Of a DNA stretch of 64,000 nucleotides, positions 12,301 to 27,503 are shown piece by piece. Below the pieces are notes generated by a model. The model had not been told where the DNA came from. It was given only the letters and a program-made list of their open reading frames with translations, and made no database searches. This DNA comes from Chara braunii (taxonomy: Eukaryota; Plantae; Charophyceae). The position numbers were made by a program, and so were the translations under genes. The DNA is taken from NCBI GenBank assembly GCA_003427395.1, contig BFEA01000017.1, positions 2,390,569-2,454,568 of the forward strand, in the 5' to 3' direction. Within the stretch, counting starts at the first letter, position 1; the number at the start of each line of letters is the position of its first letter.

Positions 12301-15300
12301 GATCCTTGCGCGGTAGGACTTCGTCGCGGGCAAAGCGATACTAGCAAGTGACGCGGCAGCACTCCGCCGAGAAAATGGGTAAAGGGGCACGGGAGAAGCT
12401 GCACGAAGAAAGACAAAGGGGAGAGGGAGCGCGGGAGGCAGCATTCGCAAACAAAGGAAGAGAAGTGCTGACGGGAAAAGGGAGGCGCAAGAGGAAGAGA
12501 GAAGAAGAAGAGAAGAAGAAGAAGAGGAAGAAGGAGAAGAGGGGAAGGGTGGAGGTGGCTTACCTAGGGACGCCACCGACTCTCAGCTTTTGGCATCCTC
12601 ATCCGTAGGTATCAGGGAGGGCGGTTGCGTGTCTCCTTCGTGTCCGCGTCCACAAAGGGCACTCGGATTAAGGAAAAGGAAATGGAAGAAAAAAGGGAGA
12701 GGGGATCTTTTAAACTACGTAAGGAAGTCAAGGAAGGAGGGGGTGTTAAGTGGGAGAACGGAGGTGGGGAAGGCACAGACAAAGCGGGGAGCATCGAGCA
12801 CTGTGAAAAAGGCAACGACCAGAATTGAAAAAAGGTAAGTCTCCTATAACCGGGCTACGTTATGATACACCTATCGCTATAATGAGCAGAGCCAAATGAA
12901 CCCATCACCAGACTATGGAAATGTACGTACTTCTATCCCTCATAATATCCGACGCTAGATCTACATTCATATGTATGTTTATGTGTGTGTGTGAAAGAGG
13001 AAGAGAGAGAGAGAGAGAGATCACGGGGAAAGGGGAGTTAGATTGCTGCTTAAGACGAAACAGCAGAGGCGGAAAGGAAGAAAGTGGAGAGAAAGAAAGA
13101 GCTGGTAAGTTCCATTGTCACGGTTGGCATCGTGGCACTCCCACCGAAAGCAGGAGCGAAAATCGAATGAATCTCCGGCTACAACGTGGAAATATACTTC
13201 TTCACTTGCTTGCCTGTTGTTGCGCCTTCGCTCCGGTTCGACCGTGGATTGCCATGTGTGTGTATGTGTGTGCGAGCCTATCTCGCAGATAGCTTCAACA
13301 AAGTTTCATCGATAGAGTCACCGTGTTTCCTTTTGTATGTGTGTGTGTGTGTGTGAGGGAGAGAGAGAGAGAGGGGACACGATCTCACACTACTGTTTCG
13401 ATGGAATCTGAACATTATCAAGGTCTGATGAAGCTGGCGGGATACATTCCTGGCACATGAAGGGAGGTCGGCTAAGGTGTTGGCATCATGTACACTGGTT
13501 TGCGAGAGTCGAAGTGAGCTTGATGCGAGAATACAGCTGTAGGTGGGATAATAGATTAGAGAAGGCTGGGGCGATGGGCGCCAGCCAGAGAGGAGCAACT
13601 TCGAATACTGTGTTGGTATGGCCTATAGGCTTGAACGCTGGCCCATTACTCCGTTGTATCGCTCTATATGGGTAGGTTCTAAGTGCCATGGTACTCTCTG
13701 CTTATACACGACTACTTCGACGTCTGTGCAAATTTGCAATTTGGGTTTCGATGTATCATTTACATTCATTTTCCTTGCAGTATCGTTATTATTAATATTA
13801 TTATTGTCACTATCGATTATTATTATTATTACTATTATTATCAGTATTATTATTTTTATTATTATTGTATTACAATAATAATAGTTATTATTATTATTTA
13901 ATTATTATTTATTGTTGCAATTTATTATTATTTATTAAGTCGTCGGAGGAGATTTATCATTAACATAGGATTCGTGAAAACCTAACAAAACAAATTGTTA
14001 GGTTTGCATGAAATCTATTCAAGATTATGATAGTACGTTTTTCAGGTCTCCTTCAGGAACAAAATTCTACGTGAAGTGAAACATTCGCAAAAAAAAGAAT
14101 AGAAAATTACTTTTTCAGAACCACTGGAGGGGGCGAGGAAAAAAACGGGTTTTTCCATAGAAAATCATGACCTGGTGAAGCATCGTATGTTCAAGAACTG
14201 AAATATCCTGATTTTTTGTTATAAAAAAAAATGTGTTTATAATCCTATAAAATGTGTAGCACGATGAACATCTTTCAACTTTGCCTTGTCATCCTTAAAA
14301 ATGATCTTGTTTGAACTCTGTTTTTTTTTGCCAATCTACTGAGAATGACTTATAGTCCTATAAAAGGATTTTGCAAGGAAGGGTTGTCTTGCACATTTTG
14401 AGGAATGCTAGACTTTTCACCTGATTTTTTGCCTCCTTTATCGAAAAACGATTAAAAACGCTATCTTTTTGTGTAAAACATAACAGTTTGACTTTTACTT
14501 TTTTATTCTATAAGAAATCTTAGGTTTTCTCCGATTGTGAGGTTTTCACACGAGTCCCCTGTTCATTGCTTTCTTTAGTTGAGGGTTAGTCGTTGAGATC
14601 GGCATAGGCCGACTCCGGTATTGGGCGAGCATTCGTTAAGTAATAAAGCAGAAAAGCGGGAAGAAGGAAGGTAAGACGAGGTCAAGGAGAAGGAAGAGGG
14701 AGGTGAGAACAAGGGAGAAGGAGGAGAAGAAGAAGAAGAAGAAGAACGAGAAGAAAAAGGCAAAAAGGAAGGGGTAGAGAAAGAGAGAGATACTTAACTA
14801 GGCACCTTGAATCATCGTCACTGCAGATTGGGTGACCAAGTCCCAAACGTGACACATCCTAATGATGTTGCGGTATCAGACAAAGGGAGTAGCCGCACAC
14901 AGCTAAGGGCATTATATCATTATTGTTATTATCCATTATTGTCATTATTACTTACTTTTATTATTATTTGCATTAACGGAAATAGATTGCTGTCAATCTT
15001 GAACGAATAATGCCTAGTAAGCACAAGTTATCAGCTCATGCTGATCACGCCCTGCCTTTTTGTACACTCTACCCATGGCTTCTACCCAATGAGTGGTCCG
15101 GGGAAGTGTCCAGGCCATGGTAATCTCGAAGGTTTTGCTGCTCAGGGTGCCGTGTGAAGTCATTTGCACCCAATCACTTAGAAGAAAAAGGCGAACATGC
15201 AGAAGAAGAAGAAAAAGAGAAGGAGGGGAAGAGGAGGAAAAAGAAAAACGAAGAAGAAGAAATCGAGACATATATAGTCGCTCAGACGGGGAGATACAGT

Positions 15301-18300
15301 TGACCAGACACACAGTCTGAGACATAAAAACTGACAGGTAAGAGAAAGACACAGACAGGTACAGACAACAACAGACCAGACACACATAGACAACCATACG
15401 TGACAAATCAACAGACATGAACAAACAAACGAAATGACAGACACAGACCGTCAGACAGACCGATACAAACAATCAAATGGACAGACAAGACAAAAGGGGA
15501 AAGCGGAAGAGATAGAGGCAGTCAAACGCAGACATACAGGAAAAAGACGAACAATAGCAGATAAACAAGACAGAGAGAGATCAGACAGACAACATTAGAC
15601 AGAGGCAAACAAATCACAATAGACGAAACATGCATGCAAATGAGTGGGCAACTAGACATGCGGACGAAACTGACACACAGACAGAGACTTAGGCAGACGG
15701 GTACGATACATACATTTGAACACAGATAGACAGACACAGGTGACCATACATGACCGACGAACCAACGGACACAGTTGGACGGACAGACAAACAGAAAACA
15801 TCTGACACAACAAACAAGCAGTTGGAAAAATATTCCGTAGTCAAGAGTCGCGACCCACAGACAGAAGTCGTATCCACATATGAAAAATATGTGACTCACA
15901 AACTCAGGCAACACGCCGGGCACTTCCATATAAGAGGTCCGGCCTCCTCATTCAACATTCGGATGATGGCTGCGCATTGCTCAAGAGCCGTTGTGCTGCA
16001 TGCTGGCCAGCACTCACTTACTCATGAGCAAACAAGGTGAAAGGCGTGCAGCCCGAGCTAAGCTGCGTTGCCATAGCAGGAAGGGTGCACGGTGGTCCTT
16101 TGGGTACATGTGACATACTGTGTTGAGGACCGAGGTTGTGAGTAAAAACGGTAGACATACCCGGTGCTTGAGGCGATGGCATTGACCAAGATTTGCTTGT
16201 ACTTCGAGGAAGCTGTTGCCGATATCATGGGCATTATAGTTGTAGGCTGGATAGGATCTACCACTTGTAATCTGGGCGCCAAACACCAGATAGGAGTTCG
16301 ATAATGGTTCTTGGTTGATGATGATGAGACTATATCAGCATTGTCACCTTTGAACTCACGCCGTGTTCTTATTTGGTAAAACTCGTGATGCAATTCTGCG
16401 TTTGGTTGAGGTTAAAAATATTTGTACTCATGTGTATAATGTTTAGTGGTTGGTGAACTTCGCTACCTCTGATTTTCCTTGCCTTATTACTATTGTCAGT
16501 TATTATTATGATTACTTTTATTATTTATTGTAATCGGGTTCGCTTTCTTTTCAACCTGCATATATGCAATCAGATAGTGGACCAAACTGGAAGCTAGGCG
16601 CCCACTCGAAACTCAGAGATATGTGACTCGAGAAAATACAGATCAGATGCAGACTCGCTGCGACATTCTACGGCACGACAGCGCCCGTACATCTCGCTGG
16701 CTACATTGAGTCACCACTATTCACACCACTCGCACTCGGCTCTGGATCACCCTGAATGGCTGTTTAAGGTCCTTGCTCCAGCATTTTTCAACGAGGATCT
16801 CATATAATTGCTGCGAACTAGTTGATCGAAGTGCAATCGGGGCACACGTGGCGCAAGATTCGGGCCATCACAAGTGGCTACAGGCCGGTGAGAAAGCAGC
16901 ATTGCCACCGCGGCCACACATGGGCAAATGAGTATGTGCGTTATGACCAGGGTGTGGATAGTAGGTCCACAGTAGTTATGGCAAGGCATGCAGCACAACC
17001 AGCATGTATGTGTACGCAAGTAGGTGAGAGCATCCGGGGCAGATCCTAGCTGGACAAGAATGTGTTGAGAGCATGCACAGACAAGCTACCAGGAGACACC
17101 ACAATTGGAGGATGAGAATCTGATGAGTGCTGCATACCATAGCCATGATCAAAGAAAAGGTTAAATCAGACAACGTTCTGATAAAGATTTATGAACTCCG
17201 AATTATGTGGATACTCTATGCCCAAATCAAAGTATCATTATGGTATTATGTGTGTGATTAATTATTGTGATTGTTGATTTTGTTATCATTATTTTATTTG
17301 TATTATTATTTTATTATTTTCATTATTATTGGCTTATTACTATTACTAGTGTTCGATGCAGCATAAGACAATAAGAGAGTTAGGGATGGGAGAGATGCGA
17401 GAAAAAAAAAAAAAAAAGGGAGCCATACGGAACCTACCTCCTCCACCCTTGTCTCTGCTTCCATGCTTAAACCTTGCGCACACCGATCTTTCAACAACAG
17501 ATGTGAAAATGACGCTCTCAATTGCTTGCTGAAATTAAACCTTGAACACCATGGAGATTCCAACCCCGTGCTTGGTCAGTTAGGTGCATCTAAATAACAG
17601 GGCGATTGCGGGAACTCTGCCAGAGTTCAGGTGGAACTCTGAAGGCAGGGAACAATGACGTACGTGAACCTCGGCCTAAACCCTAAATCTATAACCTTCT
17701 GGCAATTGGTTGTGTTTGTGATAATAGAATGAGTACTTGGGGTCAGGATTTCTTCAAGATGATACTCAAGCCGAAAGGAAAGGAGAAAGTGTCCATATAA
17801 AAAAGGGCAAAGCATGAAGGAGGCTGATTGTATGAAATGGATCTGACTGGGTATGACTAATTATTTCTGGGAAAGCGTAGCAAGAACGAAAAGTTTCGAG
17901 CAACTGTCTCGCTGTGTGAGTGTTTTTTTTTTTGGATGTAGCCGCAAGGGGATTGACTCCGTGCAGTTTTCCCTTGCTTAATAAACCACCTGACCAATGA
18001 TAAGGGAAAGGGGTTCACAGGGGATTAAAAGGACTTATGCATGATGTGATCGGATACTGTGAGGTTGGATTGCAGCAACTAACTCTTATCCTATATTTGA
18101 CCTACGCCTACATACTCTCAAAAATCCAAAGCTAATGCAGCAGGGGATCAGGCGGACGAGTTTAAGACATGGGGTTCGAAGTCTCGTATGGCCTACCCGC
18201 ATAGTCTTAAAGGCTTCCGATTGACCTAGGGCTCAAGTGGCATCAGAAGCAACGACCAAGTCGTCGCGATAAGGGGCACGAATGTGATAAAAGTAGCGAG

Positions 18301-19012
18301 GCTCCTAAAAGTCTGCCTTATCACAATAATGTCACTAACTGGGTGATAAGAGTAGCAAGACTCCAAAAAGCCTGCCTTATCACAATGATATCACTGACAA
18401 TGTGATAAGAGTAGCGAGACTCCGAGAAGCCTGCCTTATCACGATCATATCACTGACAATGTGATAAGAGTAGCGAGGCTCCGAGAAGTCTGCCTTATCA
18501 CAATAATGTCACTGACTGGAAAATAAGAGTAGCAAGGCTCCNNNNNNNNNNNNNNNNNNNNNNNNNNNNNNNNNNNNNNNNNNNNNNNNNNNNNNNNNNN
18601 NNNNNNNNNNNNNNNNNNNNNNNNNNNNNNNNNNNNNNNNNNNNNNNNNNNNNNNNNNNNNNNNNNNNNNNNNNNNNNNNNNNNNNNNNNNNNNNNNNNN
18701 NNNNNNNNNNNAGAAATCTGACTTATCACAATGATATCACTGACAATGTGATAAGAGTAGCGAGGCTCCGATAAGTCTGCCTTATCACAATAATGTCACT
18801 AACTGGGAGATAAGAGTAGCAAGACTTCGAGAAGCCTGCCTTACCACCACAATAACAAAGATCAGTGTGGTAAGAGGAGCGAGGCTCCGAGAAGCCTGCC
18901 TTACCACTTTAATAACAAAGATCAGTGTGGTAAGAGAAGCGAGGCTCCGAGAAGCCTGCCTTACCACTATAATAACAAAGATCGGTCTGGTAAGAGGAGC
19001 GAGGCTCCGAGA

Positions 19013-19918
19013 CTATGAAACACCCGCAGACGTGTCCGCGGGGCCGAGCTCGGAGGGCGGACGTATTTACGGCCGCCTCCACATAAAAAATTCCTAAAAT
19101 TAAACAATCATTCTAGAGTAAAATTACATTCTAAATTTCAAATTTTCATTCCATCTTAAATGTCATTCCAATTTTATAATTTTCCGTCTTACTTGAAAAC
19201 TTTTCTTCCAAGAATGGGGTATCCCTTCTTATTTGAACTGCATTCTAGAGATGGAATGAAAGTCTGGATGAGTTCACGAAATATTTTAATTGGACTTTCA
19301 TTCTAAGTAAGGATTTCCGGTCATAAATAAGTTAATTCAATCTAAATTAGAAAATATTTGTTGTAGTAGAATGAAAGTTTAATTAAAATATTTCATAAAC
19401 TCGTCCAGACTTTCATACCATCTTAAACAAATAGATGTAGTTGGAAGGGAAAACTCATATTTAGACGGGAACTTATCAAATTCAATTGAAAATTTTAGAA
19501 TTGGACGAACATTGGAATGAGAATTTACAAATATGAAGGATTTTTTTTTAATGGAATGTTTTTTCAACTTTCATTTCTCGTGGAAATTTTTCTGTTGTAC
19601 CGCATCCGCGCCGCGGACCCGATTTTACCAAATTTTTCCTGAATTAAATAATAACAAAAAAAAAATAAAAAAAATGGTGTTGTAGGAAATTTTAAATTCG
19701 ATTTAAATAAAATTAAAAATATATATATAAAAAAAAGCTGGATTTTTTTTTTGTCATGTTTTATCATCAGATATACGGTCCCTAAGTTCACATGTATTTT
19801 TTAAAAATGAATTTCTATTTTTTGCAGGGGTATGAGGTGTTTTAGAAAAATAAAGATGCAAAATTTAGAAAAAAAAAAAAAAAGCTTGAAAAAAAAAAAG
19901 GTTTCATTGATTGATTGA

Positions 19919-19976
<58 letters not shown>

Positions 19977-19985
19977 GAGTGTGTG

Positions 19986-20020
<35 letters not shown>

Positions 20021-20023
20021 GTG

Positions 20024-20074
<51 letters not shown>

Positions 20075-20142
20075 GAGAGAGAGGGAGCTGCGTGGGGAGC
20101 TGCTTGGGGAGCTGCACGGCGCGGCGAGGGTAGCTGCGCGCA

Positions 20143-20215
<73 letters not shown>

Positions 20216-20268
20216 GACGATTGGTGGCGGGGGGGTGGGGCAGAGCTGCGTGCGGAGCTGGAAGCGCG

Positions 20269-20325
<57 letters not shown>

Positions 20326-21444
20326 NNNNNNNNNNNNNNNNNNNNNNNNNNNNNNNNNNNNNNNNNNNNNNNNNNNNNNNNNNNNNNNNNNNNNNNNNNN
20401 NNNNNNNNNNNNNNNNNNNNNNNNNNNNNNNNNNNNNNNNNNNNNNNNNNNNNNNNNNNNNNNNNNNNNNNNNNNNNNNNNNNNNNNNNNNNNNNNNNNN
20501 NNNNNNNNNNNNNNNNNNNNNNNNNNNNNNNNNNNNNNNNNNNNNNNNNNNNNNNNNNNNNNNNNNNNNNNNNNNNNNNNNNNNNNNNNNNNNNNNNNNN
20601 NNNNNNNNNNNNNNNNNNNNNNNNNNNNNNNNNNNNNNNNNNNNNNNNNNNNNNNNNNNNNNNNNNNNNNNNNNNNNNNNNNNNNNNNNNNNNNNNNNNN
20701 NNNNNNNNNNNNNNNNNNNNNNNNNNNNNNNNNNNNNNNNNNNNNNNNNNNNNNNNNNNNNNNNNNNNNNNNNNNNNNNNNNNNNNNNNNNNNNNNNNNN
20801 NNNNNNNNNNNNNNNNNNNNNNNNNNNNNNNNNNNNNNNNNNNNNNNNNNNNNNNNNNNNNNNNNNNNNNNNNNNNNNNNNNNNNNNNNNNNNNNNNNNN
20901 NNNNNNNNNNNNNNNNNNNNNNNNNNNNNNNNNNNNNNNNNNNNNNNNNNNNNNNNNNNNNNNNNNNNNNNNNNNNNNNNNNNNNNNNNNNNNNNNNNNN
21001 NNNNNNNNNNNNNNNNNNNNNNNNNNNNNNNNNNNNNNNNNNNNNNNNNNNNNNNNNNNNNNNNNNNNNNNNNNNNNNNNNNNNNNNNNNNNNNNNNNNN
21101 NNNNNNNNNNNNNNNNNNNNNNNNNNNNNNNNNNNNNNNNNNNNNNNNNNNNNNNNNNNNNNNNNNNNNNNNNNNNNNNNNNNNNNNAAAAAAACTGTTT
21201 TTTTTTTTTTTTCAATTTCGTTCGATTTCGCCCATACCCCCCCACCAAAAGTTGATCTTTTTCATTTTTTTTTTGTGTGGGGGGGTGGGGCCGGGGATGC
21301 GCCGCCACGTGGCGTATCCCGAATTTCGAAAGTTGCTCCATCGCGGCCGCCACGTGGCTTCAAAGCCGCGCATCCGCGGGGTCCGCGAACTGGCCGCGTC
21401 CGCGGATTCGGCCGAGGATGGCCGCCGCAGAGGGGGATTCATAG
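19013..21444. mobile_element. Non-autonomous TIR DNA transposon (CTA...TAG ends, 8-bp TSD)
   Basis: Ends CTATGAAACACCC / GGGGGATTCATAG; perfect TSD CTCCGAGA at 19005-19012 and 21445-21452; GC-rich CCGCGG subterminal motifs; spans an N gap. Confidence 0.75.
19080..19597 (-). mobile_element. Tc1/mariner (Stowaway-like) MITE, second copy, nested
   Basis: Reverse-complement homologue of 33075-33597; ends GGAAATTTTTCTGTTG-TA; the other end is degenerate. Confidence 0.7.
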
Positions 21445-24400
21445 CTCCGAGAAGCCTGCCTTACCACTGTAATAACAAAGATCAGGGTGATAAGAAGAGC
21501 GAAGCTCCGAGAAGCCTGCCTTATTATCATCTGACTTGATCTGATGCAAAATAGTAGATAGGAGGAGAAAGACCCGTAAAAGCAGACGCCGATAAATGAT
21601 GAGTAGATCCTGATCGGTCTACCAACGGATATCAACTTTCCATATAACTGAATCAATCCATCACTAACGAGCTATTTCTGATTCTAGTAAGGAAAGGGTA
21701 AGTGAGATCTTGGCCTGAGAGACTTGTCATTCTTAGAACTTTGATTTGATCTCTACCATATGATTCCTCTCCGGGCTGAATTGACGATATTGTTGGTGGC
21801 ACTAAGATATGAAGTTTGGTAAATGACCTTTAAAAGAGAAGACTATGTATGATTCCTCTGTTTGTTACTTAGACCAACAGGGCGACGGTCTGGCGGTTAG
21901 ATAAGAATAAAAGTCGGACAAAACGGGTCACTTCTACACGTTGACCACTAGGTCATGAATCAATCTTCAAAGACCCCGGTGAACAGGTGTTGAGCTTCTT
22001 TCGGACTGTGTTGTGCCTACAAGTTTATCATTCTTGGAGAGAATTACGAAAAGAACCATAAGCGATTGCAATTCTGTTATCATTGGATAACAGGTCGGTA
22101 GAATTCCGACTCAACCTCCACATGGCTTGATACCCATACCTAAGACAAAACTAGAAAAAGGACAGACGAATCTTTCCCCTGCGTCTAAGCCTGAATTGTC
22201 CTGGTCATTCTCAAAGGTCCTTGAAAAGTGAGGGGCGGGGCGACAGGGTCAGGGGTAGGGAGGAGTGTTGTTTCAGGTTTTGGGGGAGTTAGAGAATTGC
22301 TATGATTGGGTTAAAGATTGACTCTTGTAGTGTATTCTGTGATGGCATTCTGTATGTGTATATGTGGTTTTCTTGTATCTGCACAGGTGTTTGGGCAGTG
22401 ATCTGTCATCTGAACATTGGGGAAATATCTGGGATATTCGGACGGGGTTCACCACGATTGCGAAAAGTGAGGTTTATCACTTATTTACTCCCCTTTGATA
22501 TATATATGATATACGCTTATACTTATATACCTTTGAACAAAGGTCATACTCCGACCCGAGTTTAGGCCGAAGGTCATACTCCGACCCGAGTTTAGGCCGG
22601 TTACTGGTGTAGGTACTATTGGGATATGGACAGAATGAGAGACTATTATAAAGATTTATTCTCACGGGATCGTATAACAAACAAAAGAGAACGTAGACTC
22701 ACTAACATAAATAACTAAGCGTGGAAGACTGTCTACAAAAGGCGACCTGGTCGGATAATCGGTCCGGGGAAGTTAGCACCTCGGTACGCGATATACGGGT
22801 CTGACTTAAGGCGTTCTACCGCGCGTATGCCTATGCTACGGCGATCGAGAAAACGCCCTCGGCTGGCCTACTTCTGCGATTGCATATAAAAACCTTCGCA
22901 TGTGGGTTAGTAGCTCAGCACGGGTACGCCCACCTAAGGGATGGTGACAACTCCCCTGGGTGGAGATAAGTTGTGCCTCGCGGGGTCTCTAACCTATCGT
23001 AGAGATTCGTGAGAGGTATAGCACGTGCGCAAGGTCGGAGCGGTATTTTTGTTAAAGTGACTCAAAACTCCTGCGTGATACGACTGGAGGTCCGACACTG
23101 AAAATTGCCTTACGTCTGGGTGTGGGACCGCCGCGTGTGACACCGGGGCTATTATGACGGACATTAACAGCTCTTGAACTCAGAACTGTTAAGTTAAACA
23201 CAGAGTCTGACACGTATTATGCCTAAACCTGTGAATTTGAGCGTGGGCTTGACCCCATGCTCAAAGCTAAAACGTTGAATGGGGTCAGAGATCGGATTCG
23301 GCATCAGCATGAGAGACACGGACTTCCGACACTTAGTGCCGCTGAAACCAGTACGGACAAACTATGCTCAGAGTACTTATACGCTGGACATAGTTACTGG
23401 GCACATAGTATGTCGGATGGAAACACTCGACCCCAACAAAGACTTAAATCGCAATCAACTATAGTGTCGGATTGCCAATTGTTGGGTGATTTAACTACGA
23501 ATTAATCACTAACGCCCTCTACAACTGGGTTTGAAGGGGAAGTCATTGGTACTAAGGCAAGCCGAACCTCAGGACCTACACTCAATTGATATTTTTCTAC
23601 ACAAAGTCTGATCTCACTCTGGGATCGACATAATGGGATTTGGCAGCGAAGAAAAGAAAAACTTAGAAAGTGAGAAGAGACTAACAATCTCTTACACTCT
23701 CTACCGAGAGAGAGAAGAGGGATGGGAAAAAGAAGTTGTTAATGACGTCCAGGGCTACATGAGGTTAATGAGAAAGCAAGGGCTGAAATTGGTAAAAAGT
23801 TGGGAGCTCATTGAGTATGTCATATATTTCTACGGGTTCGGTCGAAAATTGCACAACACATTTTCATCTATTGAGAGCACTGGCCGAATGAAGGAGATTG
23901 TCAGTGGTAATCTACCTTTGCGATCACTACTCAGATCAACTTGGTCCTCTAGTCGCAAAAAGGTCCATTAAGGAGTGAAATAAAACACGATCGAGAACAG
24001 GTTGCATTGCATCCTTAAGTAACAAGAAGAGAGAGTGGGCACCCAGTGTCATTATGGGGTAAACTATTGATCAAAGTACACTGTGACAGCGCATTATCGG
24101 AATTTTAGTGGTAAGGTAATCAACACAACCCACTCGTACTCGACATTGTCAGACAGGCAAAAAGATTCTCAGGAAACCGGCAGTGAAACTGTCATTCTTA
24201 TGAGTACGGTTCAGTCAATTCTAGTCAGCAAGTACCCCATCTTGACTTATAGTTTTCTCAGTGTTTCGACATCTAATGATCAGTACTTGGCAAACCGACA
24301 TCTTTAAGTTAGTATTTAATCAGCAACAACATACAGACATCATTCAAACAACATTCGAGCAGTAATGAAGTAGCATTCAACCTGCACTTAATAAACATTC

Positions 24401-27400
24401 AATTGTCCAAGTTACTCAAAATTTCTATTCAGTTTCAATCAGCTATTAGCCAGTCATTGTTGAAAGACACAGAGATTGGTTTCAGCATCCAACTTATCAC
24501 ATGAGTGCAGTTCAGTCATTTTCAATCGAGGGGTCAATTTTGGCTAGGCTCAAGAGGATTGCTTCCAATGGAGCTTTTCGATATCAGTATGTAAGTGTTG
24601 TTGGTCTCAGATAAGAGGGTTTATCAGTCTTTGCAGTTCTCACCAGATTCGCAGGAGGCACCCTCCACGATCTGAAACCCTACGTGAAGAAAGGTAAGGA
24701 GACTCATGAAAACTTTGATTCAGTTTGGATCTCAGCGGCCAGATACCTTGAGGAGAGAGAGAGAGAGCTAGATGAGAGCGGAGTGAAACTAATTCACAGC
24801 TTCGGACCAAAGCTTTATACAGATTACCCCAAGCCTCCAGTTCCTTTCACTCTCATTGATGGTTCTTATTGGGGTGAACTAGTTGATTTAGTTGTGAGGT
24901 ACATCTCTCTTGCAGCGATTGACTATGAGCCAGTAACTGAGCCTTCACAGTTTCGACATCTTAGACGGGGGATTTTCTCTCAACCATATCCTCCTACTCT
25001 ATGGGAGGAGTTTTATGCTATGGTTGACTTTCGTATCATGGTACTTGGCTGGAAGTGTTAAGAGTTCGCATGCTTAAGGTGACATTACATCTAAAGACCT
25101 CTACCTCAGAGAGTACAGAGACTTGGCTCGAAGCACAAGAAAATGCAATGCAAAATGAGAGATTGAGCGTGTGGTTCAGAGGGATGAGTGAGGACTCTTG
25201 ACTAGTGTTGGTCATGCTCTCTTTATATGTACTCTCTTAGATTATTATGAGTTCTCACTCTTCCCTCACTTATCCTTGCCATCGCTCAATTCAGTCAGTC
25301 CTGCTTCATTTGCATTGACTCTACCTGATGATTATGCTTCTTTATGATCTCGTCATCGTTCTCTAAATTAGAAAATTGGTAAAATTTATGCATGCATGAC
25401 ATATCTGACTTTTGGGATTATTATTTGCATAACTCTTTGCTGTTCCGAGTCAAAAGAAAAGATTCCTAAGACCGGGGACCGACGAAGACCGCAATTGAAG
25501 GGTCTCGCTCGAAGTCGGACGTGCGTAACGGAAAGGGACTTGCTTTAATTAATCTATTTTATTAACAGCAAATATCATTTAAAATCTGCGTGACGGCCTA
25601 TTGGCTTTCTGGTCGCTCGAAGAGGCCCGATTATAAAATGTGCGACAGCGCTACAAATGTGCTCGAGTATACGATGACTGCACCGAGGTCGACTCTATCC
25701 TAGAAGATTCCGCGGAGGACCTTAACCTCATCGATGTCATCAACTTCCATTCGGATGACGAGACAGTCGCTTCAGTTGATCGTCAACAGATGACCATATC
25801 CGCAATGGGTCGTGCTCATAGTCGGTTCGCATAGCCCGGTACCCGCACGTTCGTCATTCCAAAGGTGAACCTTCCGCATGGTTCTATTCCTCATCGAGAA
25901 GTGTGCTGCCATCGAGGCTTGTCGTGGTTGTGTCCGTTTCCGCCAGGTCAAACACACCTCTTTGAAGTATTCGTACACCGCCGCCCTCGATCGGTATTAA
26001 ATTGACATTGTTGATTAGCACCGATCTCAGCCCGTGTCCGACACTCGCTTGTCTGCGCCACCCACCTAGCAACGGTGCACCATATTTATCTCTGAGGCCT
26101 TGTATCTAGCTGGCTTCCCAACCACAGGGTCGTGGTTTGCCCCTTGGTCCTCACGCCACTACCGACTCGGTTTTCTCTGCCCCCCCATTTGTCGAGATAC
26201 AATCTGCTTCCCAGCATATCACCCTCTCTAGCCCTCCTCCTTCGAAACCTCCAACGTTTCGTGCACTTCGTACGGCTCGTTGTAGTGTTCAGCTGGCGAC
26301 TCGCAATGATGTTGTGTCATCCCTTCTTGATCTCAGTATTATTGAGACTCGCCAAGAACGAATTATGAGACACTTACATGTCTTATGTACTCTCCTCTCG
26401 CTGCACTACAACCTGGGTTGCACCGCGGAAGACAGGAATGTCGAGGCTCGTGCTACGAAGTGTCCAGTTGCTTATTACTCCCGTCAGTTATTGCCGTCGA
26501 ACTACACTCTCGATAAGCATGAGGTTCTCGTAGTGGTTTCAAGTTATGCTACTCGACACTAACATCATTACTTGCACGGGGCGTCCTTCAAAGTGCACAC
26601 AGATAACTCTGTTGTCGTGGTTTTCCTAACGAAAGTTAAACTTTCCCCTCGATAGGTAGGCAAGTGACGCAAAACTATATGAGTTCAGTCTCGCCACTAA
26701 GCCTATCAAGGGTGAAACAAACTGAGTTGTAGACTCTTTATCTCGTTATCGCGGTTCGGATCACAATCCGGACCTTATCCAAGTCGCTGCGAACTTGGTT
26801 ACCACCGTTGATGATTTTGTGACTGTCGGGTTTCGCACTCAGTACCGTAAATATCCAAAATATCACAACATCTACTTGACACTGCGGCGAGGTAAGACCG
26901 TTTCGTCCTATTCCCTCGATGTGAATGATATTATATACTCGCATGGCAAGTGTGGCTGTCGAGAACCATGTGTATGTGCTCCCTTCAGTGAACAACTTTG
27001 TTTTAAGGCCATAACAGAGTTCCATGACTAGGCAGGTGCCGGTCATGTGGGCTTCGAAAAAACTAAGGATCGTGTTCGTCGTTTATACGTATGGCTGAAG
27101 CGCAAGGAATTTGTTATGAGCTACATTCAAGAGTGTCCTAACTGTTAGGTCTGAACAGTGCGAACCACCTTCGTAATGGGTTACTCCAACCTCTACCTAT
27201 ACGCGAGAGTCATTGAAAGTCCAGCACCTCAATGTACTTTGTTGGTCCCCTTGATCCTCTCACTGAGCGAGGTTATCATATATCTTAATCGTTGTCGATT
27301 ACTTCATAAAGCATACACGTTTTATCCCTTGCCGCTATCGCGTTAGAGCTCGTGAGATCGCCAATATCGTTTTCACCACAGAGCATTATCTCCGACCGGG

Positions 27401-27503
27401 AACCGTGGTTTAGCCGCATGTTCTCACGATACCTACACGACGTGTATGGTACTTTAGCTTCGCTTCTCGTTGTCTCACCACCCTCTGACGGATGGTCAAA
27501 CTG

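Larger units (their letters stand above)
18280..21530 (+). repeat. 60-bp minisatellite array, interrupted by a TIR element at 19013-21444 and by a gap
   Basis: Unit GTGATAAGAGTAGCGAGGCTCCGAGAAGCCTGCCTTATCACAATAATGTCACTGACAAT with period 60; each unit carries an internal inverted pair GTGATAAG/CTTATCAC; the array resumes at 21445. Confidence 0.9.

Noticed and set aside
13425-13465. CTGATGA motif as a fifth hammerhead (also at about 1446, 9348, 17120, 25325)
   Set aside because: No stem II closing onto GAAA and no stems I or III.
18280-19012. CRISPR-like array (also considered for 45630-45875 and 46217-46368)
   Set aside because: Whole units repeat with no unique spacers, no cas genes, and the DNA is eukaryotic.
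19842-21539. Long ORFs crossing N gaps or microsatellites (also 38360-39049, 54621-55783, 57420-58359)
   Set aside because: Open only because of Ns and simple repeats.
23450-25200. ORF fragments (23633-23971, 24684-25061) as genes
   Set aside because: Interrupted by stops and lacking identifiable domains; probably retroelement-associated decayed sequence, which cannot be supported further.
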